Shown: positions 1-9,015, numbered from the stretch's first letter. The stretch: 21,076 nucleotides of DNA from Promethearchaeota archaeon (GCA_011364975.1 RDOE01000054.1:1-21076); one strand, 5' to 3'. The notes: generated from the letters alone by a model not told the origin. Made by a program: numbers and translations.

Positions 1-456
1 TATTATTCCAAAACCTTCAACGGAAGAATGAATTACTTTTGTTCCTATAATGTCAACACCTTTATAAACAAATTTATCACCCGCCTTAAAGGGTACAATT
101 TTTTCAAGCATATTCAGATGATAATCAGATACAAACTTTAGAGTGTCGTTTGTTGTAATGAGAGTTCCTTTCTTGTAATAATTATAATTTCTATCATTTA
201 AACTTTCTCGAGAGGACTCAATAATAGCACTCAAATCGTTAAAGTGGTCGATATGGACATGAGTAACGATAAATAATTCAGTTTTGGTGGGATCTTCATG
301 GTATTGATTAATTCTAACGATAGCTCCTGGACCGGGATCAATATGTGCTTGTATTCCATTAAATTTGAAAAGTATGCCTCCGGTTGCTCTATATTGAGTC
401 CGGATATGGTGTCTCCCTCCACCAGATCCCAGGATTATTAATTCATCGTCAATCAT
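1..456 (-). CDS. MBL-fold metallo-hydrolase (RNase Z/PhnP-like), 5' part only; runs off the window edge
   Basis: Not in the ORF track. Manual translation from ATG at 456 is open to base 1: MIDDELIILGSGGGRHHIRTQYRATGGILFKFNGIQAHIDPGPG...FIVTHVHIDHFND...KVIHSSVEGFGII. It contains the LGSGGG start, the DPGPG motif and the HxHxDH metal-binding motif. Confidence 0.9.
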   Translation of the reverse strand, partial: MIDDELIILGSGGGRHHIRTQYRATGGILFKFNGIQAHIDPGPGAIVRINQYHEDPTKTELFIVTHVHIDHFNDLSAIIESSRESLNDRNYNYYKKGTLITTNDTLKFVSDYHLNMLEKIVPFKAGDKFVYKGVDIIGTKVIHSSVEGFGII

Positions 457-495
457 AACTTCTTATTAAAAATAGTGAATATAGTAAAATTAAGT

Positions 496-1041
496 TTAAT
501 ATTTACTTTTTTGAATTAAAGCTCTTGTTATGCACTTGAAGACCTCATCTACATTATATCCAGTTTTAGATGAAGTTTTGATATAGTCAAACATGTTAAA
601 GGTACTTTTTATATTTAAGGCAGATTCATCATCAATGGCTATAGCATCCTCAAGATCATATTTTGTTCCAACCAATAAGATAGGTAAGTTCATGTCATGT
701 AATCTAACGATATTGACCCAGTCAAGTATTCCTTGAATTTTTGGTAATCTTGTTAGGTCAATTAGTAATAAAGCCGCTCGAGAACCCATTATGAAACTAT
801 CAAGTAGATGACGGAAACGTTCTTGGCCTCCCAAATCCCATAATTGGAGTGAACATTTTGCATTATCAAACTCTACTTCCTTAAGAAAAAAATCTACTCC
901 GATAGTCGCTATTGTGGAATCATCAAAAACTCTATTCACAAATCTCCGGAGTAATGTAGTTTTACCTACGCCTCCATCTCCAGCAACAATTATCTTAAAT
1001 ACGAAATTTTTTTTCTGAGTCTTCAACAGCCTATTATCCAT
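496..1041 (-). CDS. Rab-like small GTPase (Ras superfamily)
   Basis: G1 GDGGVGKT, G2/RabF1 TIGVDF, G3 WDLGGQERF, G4 GTKYD, G5 SSK. No C-terminal Cys prenylation motif. Confidence 0.95.
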   Translation of the reverse strand: MDNRLLKTQKKNFVFKIIVAGDGGVGKTTLLRRFVNRVFDDSTIATIGVDFFLKEVEFDNAKCSLQLWDLGGQERFRHLLDSFIMGSRAALLLIDLTRLPKIQGILDWVNIVRLHDMNLPILLVGTKYDLEDAIAIDDESALNIKSTFNMFDYIKTSSKTGYNVDEVFKCITRALIQKSKY

Positions 1042-1097
1042 CCTATGTTAAATAATAAGAATTTAGCTTTTTACTTTATTATTTTATATATAAGATC

Positions 1098-3326
1098 TTA
1101 ACCATTCAAAAGAGATGTTATAATTTTGTCTATTTGATCCATTATTGGTTTTAAAGGGGATTTAAGTGTATTTTGAAGAGCTATCTTTGAAATCTCTGTA
1201 TCCTTTTTATTCAAGAGAGTTTTTATGACCTTTTTTGAGATTTCTTCAGCTTTTTTGCCTAATTCTCCTAACTTTTTATGAGAATCATTGTCTTTATTAA
1301 ATTTTTCAATTGGAAGCTCAAAAGGTAGTTTAAAAATGTGCCTAGAACTTTTCTTTATTCGAACTTGATTTGTAATCATATCAGCATTTAATATAGCTGA
1401 TAAATAATAAGCCTCATCAATATTTTCCGTAGCATAGAAACTTAAATCCCCTGTTACCAGGAAATTTCCTTGGATAACAGCACTATTTAAGATTGAACCA
1501 GAATTATTATATACAACTTTTAAATTTGATAATTGATGTTGGTTAATTAATTTAGACCATCTATTAAGATTATCCATAAGTGAAGTATGCTTAGTGGTGT
1601 CTTTTTTATACCTCAGGTATACCTTATTGACTTTATCATAAAAAAGTTTTGCATGTTCCTTTAATCCATTATAATCATATTCAAGGGTAGTTTTTTTAAG
1701 AGGTAAGAAGATTTCATAATAATCATAAACATAAAATTTTACTAATTCAGTACTTTTGATAGCTTTAAATATATAATCCTTTTCTATAAGCTCTGTTGTA
1801 AAAAATTTCTTATTCCAAGGTTGTTTTGCTCTTTTAAAAATCCGATCATCACACATTATTTGATATAAATCAGTACCTACGTTTTCATATTTAACAAAAA
1901 TAAGACTCCTTGGATTTAAATCAGCACCTTTGTGAAAAAGATTCTTATAATAACTTTCCCTAAGTGGTATTAATTTCTGTAGCTTTTCTTTTTCAATAAT
2001 TTTTTTAACAAAAGTCTTTGACCCCCTCTTTTCAATTGAATAAGGAACATATGTAGTAATAGCATTTTCTATCAAATCTATTGAATCAAAGTATGTAATA
2101 TTTTGTAGATTATTATTATTTAATGAAAACTGATTGACTGGAATTTCTAGATTATCTAGAATGAGATCATCTGAAGATTTTTGAGCAAATAAACAAATAA
2201 AATCAATATTAAAACTCTTTTTTATGGTGGTACTAAATTTCCATATTTTAAGATTTTTAAAACCTTTAAATGATCTAAAACGCGCAGCATGTGAACCGTT
2301 CAATACACCTTCAGTAATTACAAAAAAGATGTAACCATTTACTTTCATGAACTTACTTTTAGCTTGATAAAAAAATAATGAAGCAATTTCAATATTTAAT
2401 ATGTTTTTTGGATAAGGCTTAATCCCTAATTTATCTGATAATAATTTTATATCATTTTGTTGTTTAATGGATTCAATTTCACGTAAAGTATACCAAGGTG
2501 GATTTCCGATTATTAAGTCAAAATTTTTTGGCAATAAGCTATCATTTCCTAACAAAAAGTCATGAATCTTGAAATTATTCTTTAAAAGGGCGAAATTTAA
2601 TCCAGAAAAAAATAATATATTTAATTTTGTTAAATATAGTGAAATAGGATTAAGATCAAAGCCATAGATACCTTTAATCGCTCTCATTTTACTACCATGA
2701 TTGTTATTCGATTCATTAATCTTTTTAATTATTTCTATTAGAAAATTACCTGAACCACAACAAGGATCTAATACTTTATCTCCAAACTTATAGATTGCAT
2801 CTACCATCTTCTTTACTAAAAATGGGGGTGTATAAAACTCTCCAGAAGTATGTCTAATTTGAGGACTTAGAATTCCTTGAAATGCCACATCAAGCTTATA
2901 TTCTGGAGGACAATCATATTTGATAATTTGAGTTTCTATAAGCTCCATCAAGTATTCCGAGAAATCTGATTCTATTTTATCAAGTAAATCGATAAAAGGA
3001 CTAAAGTAGGAGATTTCGTTTTCAAAATTAAACTCAAATTCTTTTTTCATTAACTCATTTACATTAGATAGATACCTTGTTGAAAAATGGAGAATTTTAA
3101 CTTCTTCTCTGTTATTTAAAATATATTTAAGTATAAATGAAATCGAGATGAGAAAGATAATTCCATAGGAGATATATAAGCGTATGTTTGTGTTTTCTTT
3201 CCCATATAATTTAATATAAATGTCTTTCCATTTGTTATAATTTGAATTGTTTTCTATTAATTTTTCATTAAAGTAATCTTCAAGAAAATCAATTTCTTTT
3301 TCAAAATTAATTGAAAAATCTTTCAT
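1098..3326 (-). CDS. N6-adenine DNA methyltransferase, gamma class (Eco57I/type IIG-like MTase plus target-recognition region), no evident nuclease domain
   Basis: Motif X GEFYTP, motif I VLDPCCGSGNF, GFDLNP and motif IV IIGNPPW. C-terminal TRD-like segment KVVYN...EAYYLSAILN. Confidence 0.88.
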   Translation of the reverse strand: MKDFSINFEKEIDFLEDYFNEKLIENNSNYNKWKDIYIKLYGKENTNIRLYISYGIIFLISISFILKYILNNREEVKILHFSTRYLSNVNELMKKEFEFNFENEISYFSPFIDLLDKIESDFSEYLMELIETQIIKYDCPPEYKLDVAFQGILSPQIRHTSGEFYTPPFLVKKMVDAIYKFGDKVLDPCCGSGNFLIEIIKKINESNNNHGSKMRAIKGIYGFDLNPISLYLTKLNILFFSGLNFALLKNNFKIHDFLLGNDSLLPKNFDLIIGNPPWYTLREIESIKQQNDIKLLSDKLGIKPYPKNILNIEIASLFFYQAKSKFMKVNGYIFFVITEGVLNGSHAARFRSFKGFKNLKIWKFSTTIKKSFNIDFICLFAQKSSDDLILDNLEIPVNQFSLNNNNLQNITYFDSIDLIENAITTYVPYSIEKRGSKTFVKKIIEKEKLQKLIPLRESYYKNLFHKGADLNPRSLIFVKYENVGTDLYQIMCDDRIFKRAKQPWNKKFFTTELIEKDYIFKAIKSTELVKFYVYDYYEIFLPLKKTTLEYDYNGLKEHAKLFYDKVNKVYLRYKKDTTKHTSLMDNLNRWSKLINQHQLSNLKVVYNNSGSILNSAVIQGNFLVTGDLSFYATENIDEAYYLSAILNADMITNQVRIKKSSRHIFKLPFELPIEKFNKDNDSHKKLGELGKKAEEISKKVIKTLLNKKDTEISKIALQNTLKSPLKPIMDQIDKIITSLLNG

Positions 3327-3478
3327 GGTTTAATATTATGAATTCTAATAATTAGGTAATAGATTATTGAAGTAAAATATATTAGATATTTAAGGAATTA
3401 ATCTTTAAATATAAATTTAATAGACTAATAATATATTATAAATTTCAAACCATTTAATATAGAAAAATTGCTTTCATT

Positions 3479-4078
3479 TTGACTACAACCGATATAAAGC
3501 TTTCAAAAGACTTAGAAAAAGGCATTCATTTCTCATGTTTAATGTGTGGAACTTGTTGCCGAGGATTAGATGAAGGAGAGGTTTATTTATACGATGAGGA
3601 TATAAAATTATTAGCGAATCATTTGAACTTCAAAGGTTTTGAAGGATTAAAAGAATTTGCGAAAAAATATCTTAAAGTTATAAATGATTCCTTTTTATGG
3701 AAAGAACCAGGAGCAGAACGAAAAAGAACTTATAGATTTAAAACCCTCGCTTTCAGATTTACTGGAGATGATGATCATTGTCACTTTTTGAAAGATAATA
3801 TGTGTTCTATACACGAAGCAAGACCTTTTCAATGCCGCTGTTTTCCATTTTGGCAAATGATGATTTCAAACCGTTCAAACTTTACTAATTATTCAAAAAA
3901 GTGTCCTGGTTTAAGAGAATTAAAGGGTAATTTTTATTCCAAAGAAAACATAGTTGAATGGGCTCGAGCTGAACGAAAGTTGGAGTTAAACTACTTTTTA
4001 AAGATGAAAGCAAATGGATTTGACATATTAAAATTATATCCGTTCTTACCAAAACAATTGCTCGAGAATGGGGATTAG
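3479..4078 (+). CDS. YkgJ family (CxxCxxCC) Zn/Fe-S cluster protein
   Basis: CLMCGTCC, CHFL-x4-CSIHEARPFQCRCFPFW and CPG motifs; TTG start. Confidence 0.88.
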   Translation: MTTTDIKLSKDLEKGIHFSCLMCGTCCRGLDEGEVYLYDEDIKLLANHLNFKGFEGLKEFAKKYLKVINDSFLWKEPGAERKRTYRFKTLAFRFTGDDDHCHFLKDNMCSIHEARPFQCRCFPFWQMMISNRSNFTNYSKKCPGLRELKGNFYSKENIVEWARAERKLELNYFLKMKANGFDILKLYPFLPKQLLENGD

Positions 4079-4340
4079 TAGATTATATATTATAAGAATA
4101 TCCCCTTTTTACAAAAGCAAGGTTAATCTGTCCTATACTTTCTAGAAATCCTAAGAAGGTTGCGAACTGAGAAAATAACTCAAAAAATATTAAGTGGAGA
4201 TTATATATTTGACCATTAAGAAATCATAAAATACGAGTTCAAAAGCTAATTATCAAAATAGATTATTTTTAGCAAGAGAAAAGATTATTTCATTTAATTT
4301 TTTAGTTATAATTAATAAGTACAAGATTTTATAATAATCA

Positions 4341-4367
4341 TAAATTTACGATAAATTCGAAAGTTTA
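4341..4367. promoter_or_regulatory. Imperfect inverted repeat between a TATA-like box and the hdrA start (possible operator)
   Basis: TAAATTTACGA-taaat-TCGAAAGTTTA has 9 of 11 complementary pairs. TTTTATAA lies just upstream at 4327-4334 and AGAGGT (SD-like) just downstream. Confidence 0.3.
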
Positions 4368-4380
4368 AGAGGTATTATTT

Positions 4381-6780
4381 TTGAAGATTGGATTGTTTGT
4401 CTGCAATTGTGGTAAAAATATAAGCGGAACAATTGATACAGACAAAATTATTGAATATTTTAAGAAAAATTCAGAATTACATGTAATAGGAGATCAATAT
4501 TTATGTTCAGAAACAGGATTAACTAAGATTTCTGACGAGATCAAGGAAAAAAAGATTGACCGCGTTGTGATTGCTGCTTGTTCATTTAAACTACATGGGC
4601 AATTATTTAGAAAAACAATTGAAAAAGCGGGAATAAATAGATTTCTTATTTCTTTTGCAAATATTAGGGAACAAAATTCATGGGTTCATAGTGAGGAACC
4701 AGAAAAAGCGACTTTAAAAGCTATAGATCAGATAAATATGGCAATAGAACAAGTGAAACTATTAGAGCCATTAGATGTGAAGTATGCTAAAATAACACCT
4801 GCCACTCTTATAATAGGGGGAGGGATCGCTGGTATTAAAGCCGCATTAGTAATTGCTGATGCGGGGTATAAAGTCTATTTAGTAGAGAGGGATTTGACAA
4901 TTGGGGGTCACATGGCTCTATTTGATAAAACTTTTCCAACTCTTGATTGTAGTATTTGTATATTGGGCCCACTTATGAGTGAAGTGAAAGATCACCCTAA
5001 TATCGAATTATTTACCAATTCTGAAGTTGAGACGGTTGAGGGATATGTAGGTAATTTTGAAGTTGAAGTCTTAACTAAACCTCGCTTTATTGTGGAAGAG
5101 AATTGTGTTGGATGCGTTGATATATGTCGAGAAGTTTGTCCTATTGACGTAGAAAATACTTTTTACCCAAGGAAAGCTATTGATATACCTTATCCCCAAG
5201 CAATTCCACTTTTTCCTAATATTTTAGAAGAATATTGTATTGGATGTAAAGCATGTGCTCAAGCATGTGATCGAGATGCTATTGATTTTGATCAGGATAT
5301 TAAGAAGACTTATTTAAACGTTGGCAATATAATTGTAGCTACTGGTCTCAAAACGTTTGATCCATCTTTGTTGGGAGAACTAAATTATGAAAAGTATTCC
5401 GATGTAATAACCACTTTACAAATGGAACGTTTATTGAACAATGATGGTCCAACTCATGGAAAAGTGGTAAAACCTTCTAATGGAAGGCTCCCAAAAAAGG
5501 TATCTTTTATTTTGTGTGTTGGTTCAAGAAATAAAGCTATTCATCATGATTATTGTAGCCAAGTATGTTGTAATGCAGCAATTAAGCAAGCGATACTGCT
5601 GAAAAAGGAACATCCTGAAACTAAAGTTAATATTTATTATAACGATATACGAGCAATGGGGAAAAATTGTGAAGAATTCTATAATAGAGCCCAAGAGTCT
5701 TTCGGGATTAGGTTTATTAAGAGTAGTATCTCCGCAATTTTAAAAGATGATTTATCTGAGGAAGCTGAATTACTTATAAGGGGAGAAGATGTTATTGAAG
5801 GTAAGCTTTTTGAAAATAAAACAGATCTAGTAATATTAGCAGTAGGAATTGAACCTGCAGAGGGTACAGACAATCTGAGTCAAATTTTAAACATTTCTCA
5901 AGATTCATATGGATTTTTATTAGAAAAACATTTGAAAATGCGGCCCTCAGAATCTTCTGTGAATGGTATTTTTCTTGCAGGTGTGATACAAGGCCCCAAG
6001 GATATTCCAAATAGTATTGCTCAAGCTGAAAGTGCTGCAGCTAAAGCCATCGCTCAAATTGCTAAAGGAGAGGTTGAATTAGATCCACATTTAGTCCAAT
6101 TTAATGAAAAATTATGTGATTTATGTAGACTCTGTGAAAATATATGCATCTATAATGCCCTAAAAATTGAGGATAATAAACTGAATATTATCCAAGCTAA
6201 CTGCACTGGTTGTGGTGCATGTGCTGCAATGTGTCATAGTGATGCATTATCTATTCCAGGGTTTACCAAAAAACAAATTAGGGCTCAATTAGAAACGATT
6301 ACTAAGAGAAAGAGTGAATCTCCATTAATTGTGGCATTTCTTTGTAATTGGTGTTCATATATGGGAGCTGATCTTGCTGGCACTAGTAAAATTATCTATC
6401 CTACAAATGTAAGAGCGATTCATGTAATGTGCACTGCGATGTTAAACCCTAGTTTAGTATTTGAAGCCTTATTTAATGGAGCTGATGGAGTTTTAATTGC
6501 AGGATGTCATCCCCAAGATTGTCATTATGATACGGGATTTATTCAAGCAACCATTCGCTTTGAAAGTATTAGGGAAATGCTTATTGAAGCAGGTATTAAT
6601 GAAAATCGGGTACGGATAGAAAGCATATCTGCGGGAGAGGGAGAAAAGTATGCTAAAGTGGTAAATGAATTCAAATCTCAGATAGAATCACTTGGAACAA
6701 TTAAACCTGGTGAATATGCTAAGGTTGTAAAACCTGCTGAAAAGGAACCCAAAATAAAAGCTAAAATAGATGAATTATAA
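4381..6780 (+). CDS. hdrA: Heterodisulfide reductase subunit A fused to a C-terminal MvhD ([2Fe-2S] hydrogenase delta) domain
   Basis: N-terminal FVCNCG, AACS and NIREQ; FAD motif IIGGGIAG; DKTFPTLDCSIC; inserted and C-terminal 2x[4Fe-4S] ferredoxin motifs; CVGSR...CSQVCC; GPKDIP. From about 6320 an MvhD domain: AFLCNWCSYMGAD...VMC...GADGVLIAGCHPQDCHY. Confidence 0.95.
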   Translation: MKIGLFVCNCGKNISGTIDTDKIIEYFKKNSELHVIGDQYLCSETGLTKISDEIKEKKIDRVVIAACSFKLHGQLFRKTIEKAGINRFLISFANIREQNSWVHSEEPEKATLKAIDQINMAIEQVKLLEPLDVKYAKITPATLIIGGGIAGIKAALVIADAGYKVYLVERDLTIGGHMALFDKTFPTLDCSICILGPLMSEVKDHPNIELFTNSEVETVEGYVGNFEVEVLTKPRFIVEENCVGCVDICREVCPIDVENTFYPRKAIDIPYPQAIPLFPNILEEYCIGCKACAQACDRDAIDFDQDIKKTYLNVGNIIVATGLKTFDPSLLGELNYEKYSDVITTLQMERLLNNDGPTHGKVVKPSNGRLPKKVSFILCVGSRNKAIHHDYCSQVCCNAAIKQAILLKKEHPETKVNIYYNDIRAMGKNCEEFYNRAQESFGIRFIKSSISAILKDDLSEEAELLIRGEDVIEGKLFENKTDLVILAVGIEPAEGTDNLSQILNISQDSYGFLLEKHLKMRPSESSVNGIFLAGVIQGPKDIPNSIAQAESAAAKAIAQIAKGEVELDPHLVQFNEKLCDLCRLCENICIYNALKIEDNKLNIIQANCTGCGACAAMCHSDALSIPGFTKKQIRAQLETITKRKSESPLIVAFLCNWCSYMGADLAGTSKIIYPTNVRAIHVMCTAMLNPSLVFEALFNGADGVLIAGCHPQDCHYDTGFIQATIRFESIREMLIEAGINENRVRIESISAGEGEKYAKVVNEFKSQIESLGTIKPGEYAKVVKPAEKEPKIKAKIDEL

Positions 6781-6844
6781 AACGATCATATAATTATCAT
6801 TCACAACTATAATTTTTTACCCACATTAAGATACTTTTGTTAGA

Positions 6845-6869
6845 TTTAAAGTTATGATCATAATTTAAA
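6845..6869. promoter_or_regulatory. Palindrome upstream of the DUF711 gene (possible operator)
   Basis: Perfect 12-bp palindrome TTATGATCATAA at 6852-6863, flanked by TTTAAA on both sides (one extra base on the left). Confidence 0.35.
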
Positions 6870-6944
6870 GATTCCATAAATAATATCAATATTAATTCTT
6901 TCTTTTATTCTAATAAAAAGAATATAAAACTTACTAGAGTTACA

Positions 6945-8231
6945 ATGAGGATTAGAGCAATAACAATAGGACAAAAGATTCCATATTTAATCGATAATAA
7001 AAATTTTGAACTCAATCTTGAAAGTAATCTTCAGAAATTTAACCATTTCAACAATGATTTGACTGAACGATTCAAAGACATTAATATTGATGTTCAAACA
7101 AAACGATTGTGTTCCCAACCAATTTTGTCTTATGATCAACAATTATATGAGAAAAATTTAAATGAAACTCTAAATAAAATTCATGAACAACTTGCTATTG
7201 TAGAAAATCTAATTCTTAATCATGGAATTGATTACTTTGCATCTTGTGCTGTTTTAGCAGATGAGCAAATATTAAAGTATGGAGTTTATGAAAAATTATT
7301 ACTAAATGAGGTGCCTCAATTCATTAAAAAAAGAGACGCTTTTTTCACTTCTCTTCATGTAGCTTCAAGTGAAAATGGAATTAATTTATCTGCACTCCGT
7401 TCAGGAGCTAAAATAATAAAAAACTTATCAGAACCAGATCCATTCAAAAATTTAAATTTTTGCGTTAGTTCAAATATTTCTCCCGATACCCCATTTTTCC
7501 CTGCTGCATATCATATGTTGGAAAAACCTGCTTTTTCAATTGCTTTAGAAATGGCAGATGAAGTAATTAAAGTGTTTGAAGCATCAAAGAATGTTCATGA
7601 AGCCCAAATCAAATTAAGAGAGCATTTTGAACAAATATATGAGAATTTAGTCAATATCTGTGAAATCGTCGCAAAAACTCACAATATAGAATTCCACGGT
7701 ATCGATTTCTCTCCAGCACCATATCCCTTGATTGAAAAAAGTATAGGTAAGGCTATCGAAATGTTAAATTATGAATATTTCGGAGCTCATGGTTCATTAC
7801 TGGGAGTTGCTTTAATTAAAAATGCGATCCCTAAGAAGGATAAAATAATAGGGTTTTCTGGTTTTATGCCCTCTGTGTTAGAAGATTTTGTAATCGCAAA
7901 AAATTTAGCTGAAAACAACTTTAACCTAGACACGTTATTACTTTATGCAACTATGTGCGGAACTGGATTAGATTGCGTTCCATTACCAGGAGATATCACT
8001 GAAAAAGAATTATTTTACATATTATTAGATATTTGTACCATCTCATTGAGACTCAACAAACCATTAACAGCCCGATTGATGCCTATTCCGGGAAAAAAAG
8101 CTGGAGACGAAGTTAAATTTAATTTCGAATATTTTGCTCCATCGAAAGTTATGGAAATACGAAGGTTAAAAAATACAAAAACTAATGATATCTTTTCTCA
8201 AAAAATAAAAAATTTTAATTTTTTAAAGTAA
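6945..8231 (+). CDS. DUF711 (UPF0210) family protein
   Basis: MRIRAITIG start; TPFFPAAYH, GIDFSPAP, GFSGFMPSVLED, CGTGLDCVPLPGD and KPLTARLMPIPGK motifs typical of DUF711. Confidence 0.88.
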   Translation: MRIRAITIGQKIPYLIDNKNFELNLESNLQKFNHFNNDLTERFKDINIDVQTKRLCSQPILSYDQQLYEKNLNETLNKIHEQLAIVENLILNHGIDYFASCAVLADEQILKYGVYEKLLLNEVPQFIKKRDAFFTSLHVASSENGINLSALRSGAKIIKNLSEPDPFKNLNFCVSSNISPDTPFFPAAYHMLEKPAFSIALEMADEVIKVFEASKNVHEAQIKLREHFEQIYENLVNICEIVAKTHNIEFHGIDFSPAPYPLIEKSIGKAIEMLNYEYFGAHGSLLGVALIKNAIPKKDKIIGFSGFMPSVLEDFVIAKNLAENNFNLDTLLLYATMCGTGLDCVPLPGDITEKELFYILLDICTISLRLNKPLTARLMPIPGKKAGDEVKFNFEYFAPSKVMEIRRLKNTKTNDIFSQKIKNFNFLK

Positions 8232-8273
8232 TTTAGAATTTCCTTAATTATCCTAACTAAGGGTAAATTTGAT

Positions 8274-8534
8274 CTAGAACTTTTCTATTACCTTACCAGC
8301 AGGTAAGATTTCATAAAAAATCTCATCTTTTTCTTCAAACCTTTTAACGCATTCAGCTTGAAGTAAAAAATCCATATTATATTGAAATACAGAATCTTCA
8401 TTGATGATTTCTTCCTTTTTTAATATTTCAATTAACTTTTCTCTTGAAATTTTTTGCGATTCATTTACATATCTAAGCATTTCCCTTCTAATGGGATGAT
8501 TTACAGCTTTTAGGTGTGTTGCGTGATCAACCAT
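8274..8534 (-). CDS. Small ArsR-like winged-helix protein (paralog 2)
   Basis: LKAVNHPIRREML (ArsR-type first helix), FQYNMDFL recognition helix, wing ending YEILPAGKVIE. Confidence 0.8.
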   Translation of the reverse strand: MVDHATHLKAVNHPIRREMLRYVNESQKISREKLIEILKKEEIINEDSVFQYNMDFLLQAECVKRFEEKDEIFYEILPAGKVIEKF

Positions 8535-8570
8535 CTTATTTTCTCCCCTTTTTCACCCTTTTTTTACTTT

Positions 8571-8912
8571 TCACTTTAAATACTCGATAACTTTACCTGC
8601 TTGAGTGATTCGATAATAACAATTATCATTTTCCTTAATACTTTCAATACATAAAGCTTTCAAAAGAAAGTCAATGTTGTACCTAAATGTCGTAGGATCG
8701 TCCAAAAATCCTTTTCTCTTTAATTCTTCAAATAACTCCGATTCTAAAATTTGAGTAGAATGATGGATAATCTCTAGTATTTCTCTTCTTATTGGATGAT
8801 TAACTGCTTTTAAATAAAGAGAATGATAATATTTTGTTCCTTCAAGCGTTTTATTATAATCCTCAATGGTTTTGAATTCTGAATTGTTATCATTATCAAA
8901 TTCTTCAGGCAT
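8571..8912 (-). CDS. Small ArsR-like winged-helix protein (paralog 1)
   Basis: LKAVNHPIRREIL, FRYNIDFL and YRITQAGKVIE; clear paralog of 8274-8534. Confidence 0.8.
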   Translation of the reverse strand: MPEEFDNDNNSEFKTIEDYNKTLEGTKYYHSLYLKAVNHPIRREILEIIHHSTQILESELFEELKRKGFLDDPTTFRYNIDFLLKALCIESIKENDNCYYRITQAGKVIEYLK

Positions 8913-9015
8913 AAATGGAAAAAATTATCTACTTTGAAAAACTTTTACTCTATAATCCATAATGTTTTAAATTCAAATATAATAAGATTAACTAAATTTG
9001 GGTTATTAGATTATC

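Noticed and set aside
231-422. 63-aa minus-strand ORF
   Set aside because: Out-of-frame overlap with the MBL hydrolase on the same strand; no motifs.
5679-6010. Two short antisense ORFs (5679-5873, 5792-6010)
   Set aside because: Lie inside hdrA on the opposite strand; no recognisable features.
4381-6900. Selenocysteine recoding or SECIS for hdrA-mvhD
   Set aside because: No in-frame TGA, the gene ends in TAA, and no convincing SECIS-like stem is visible downstream.
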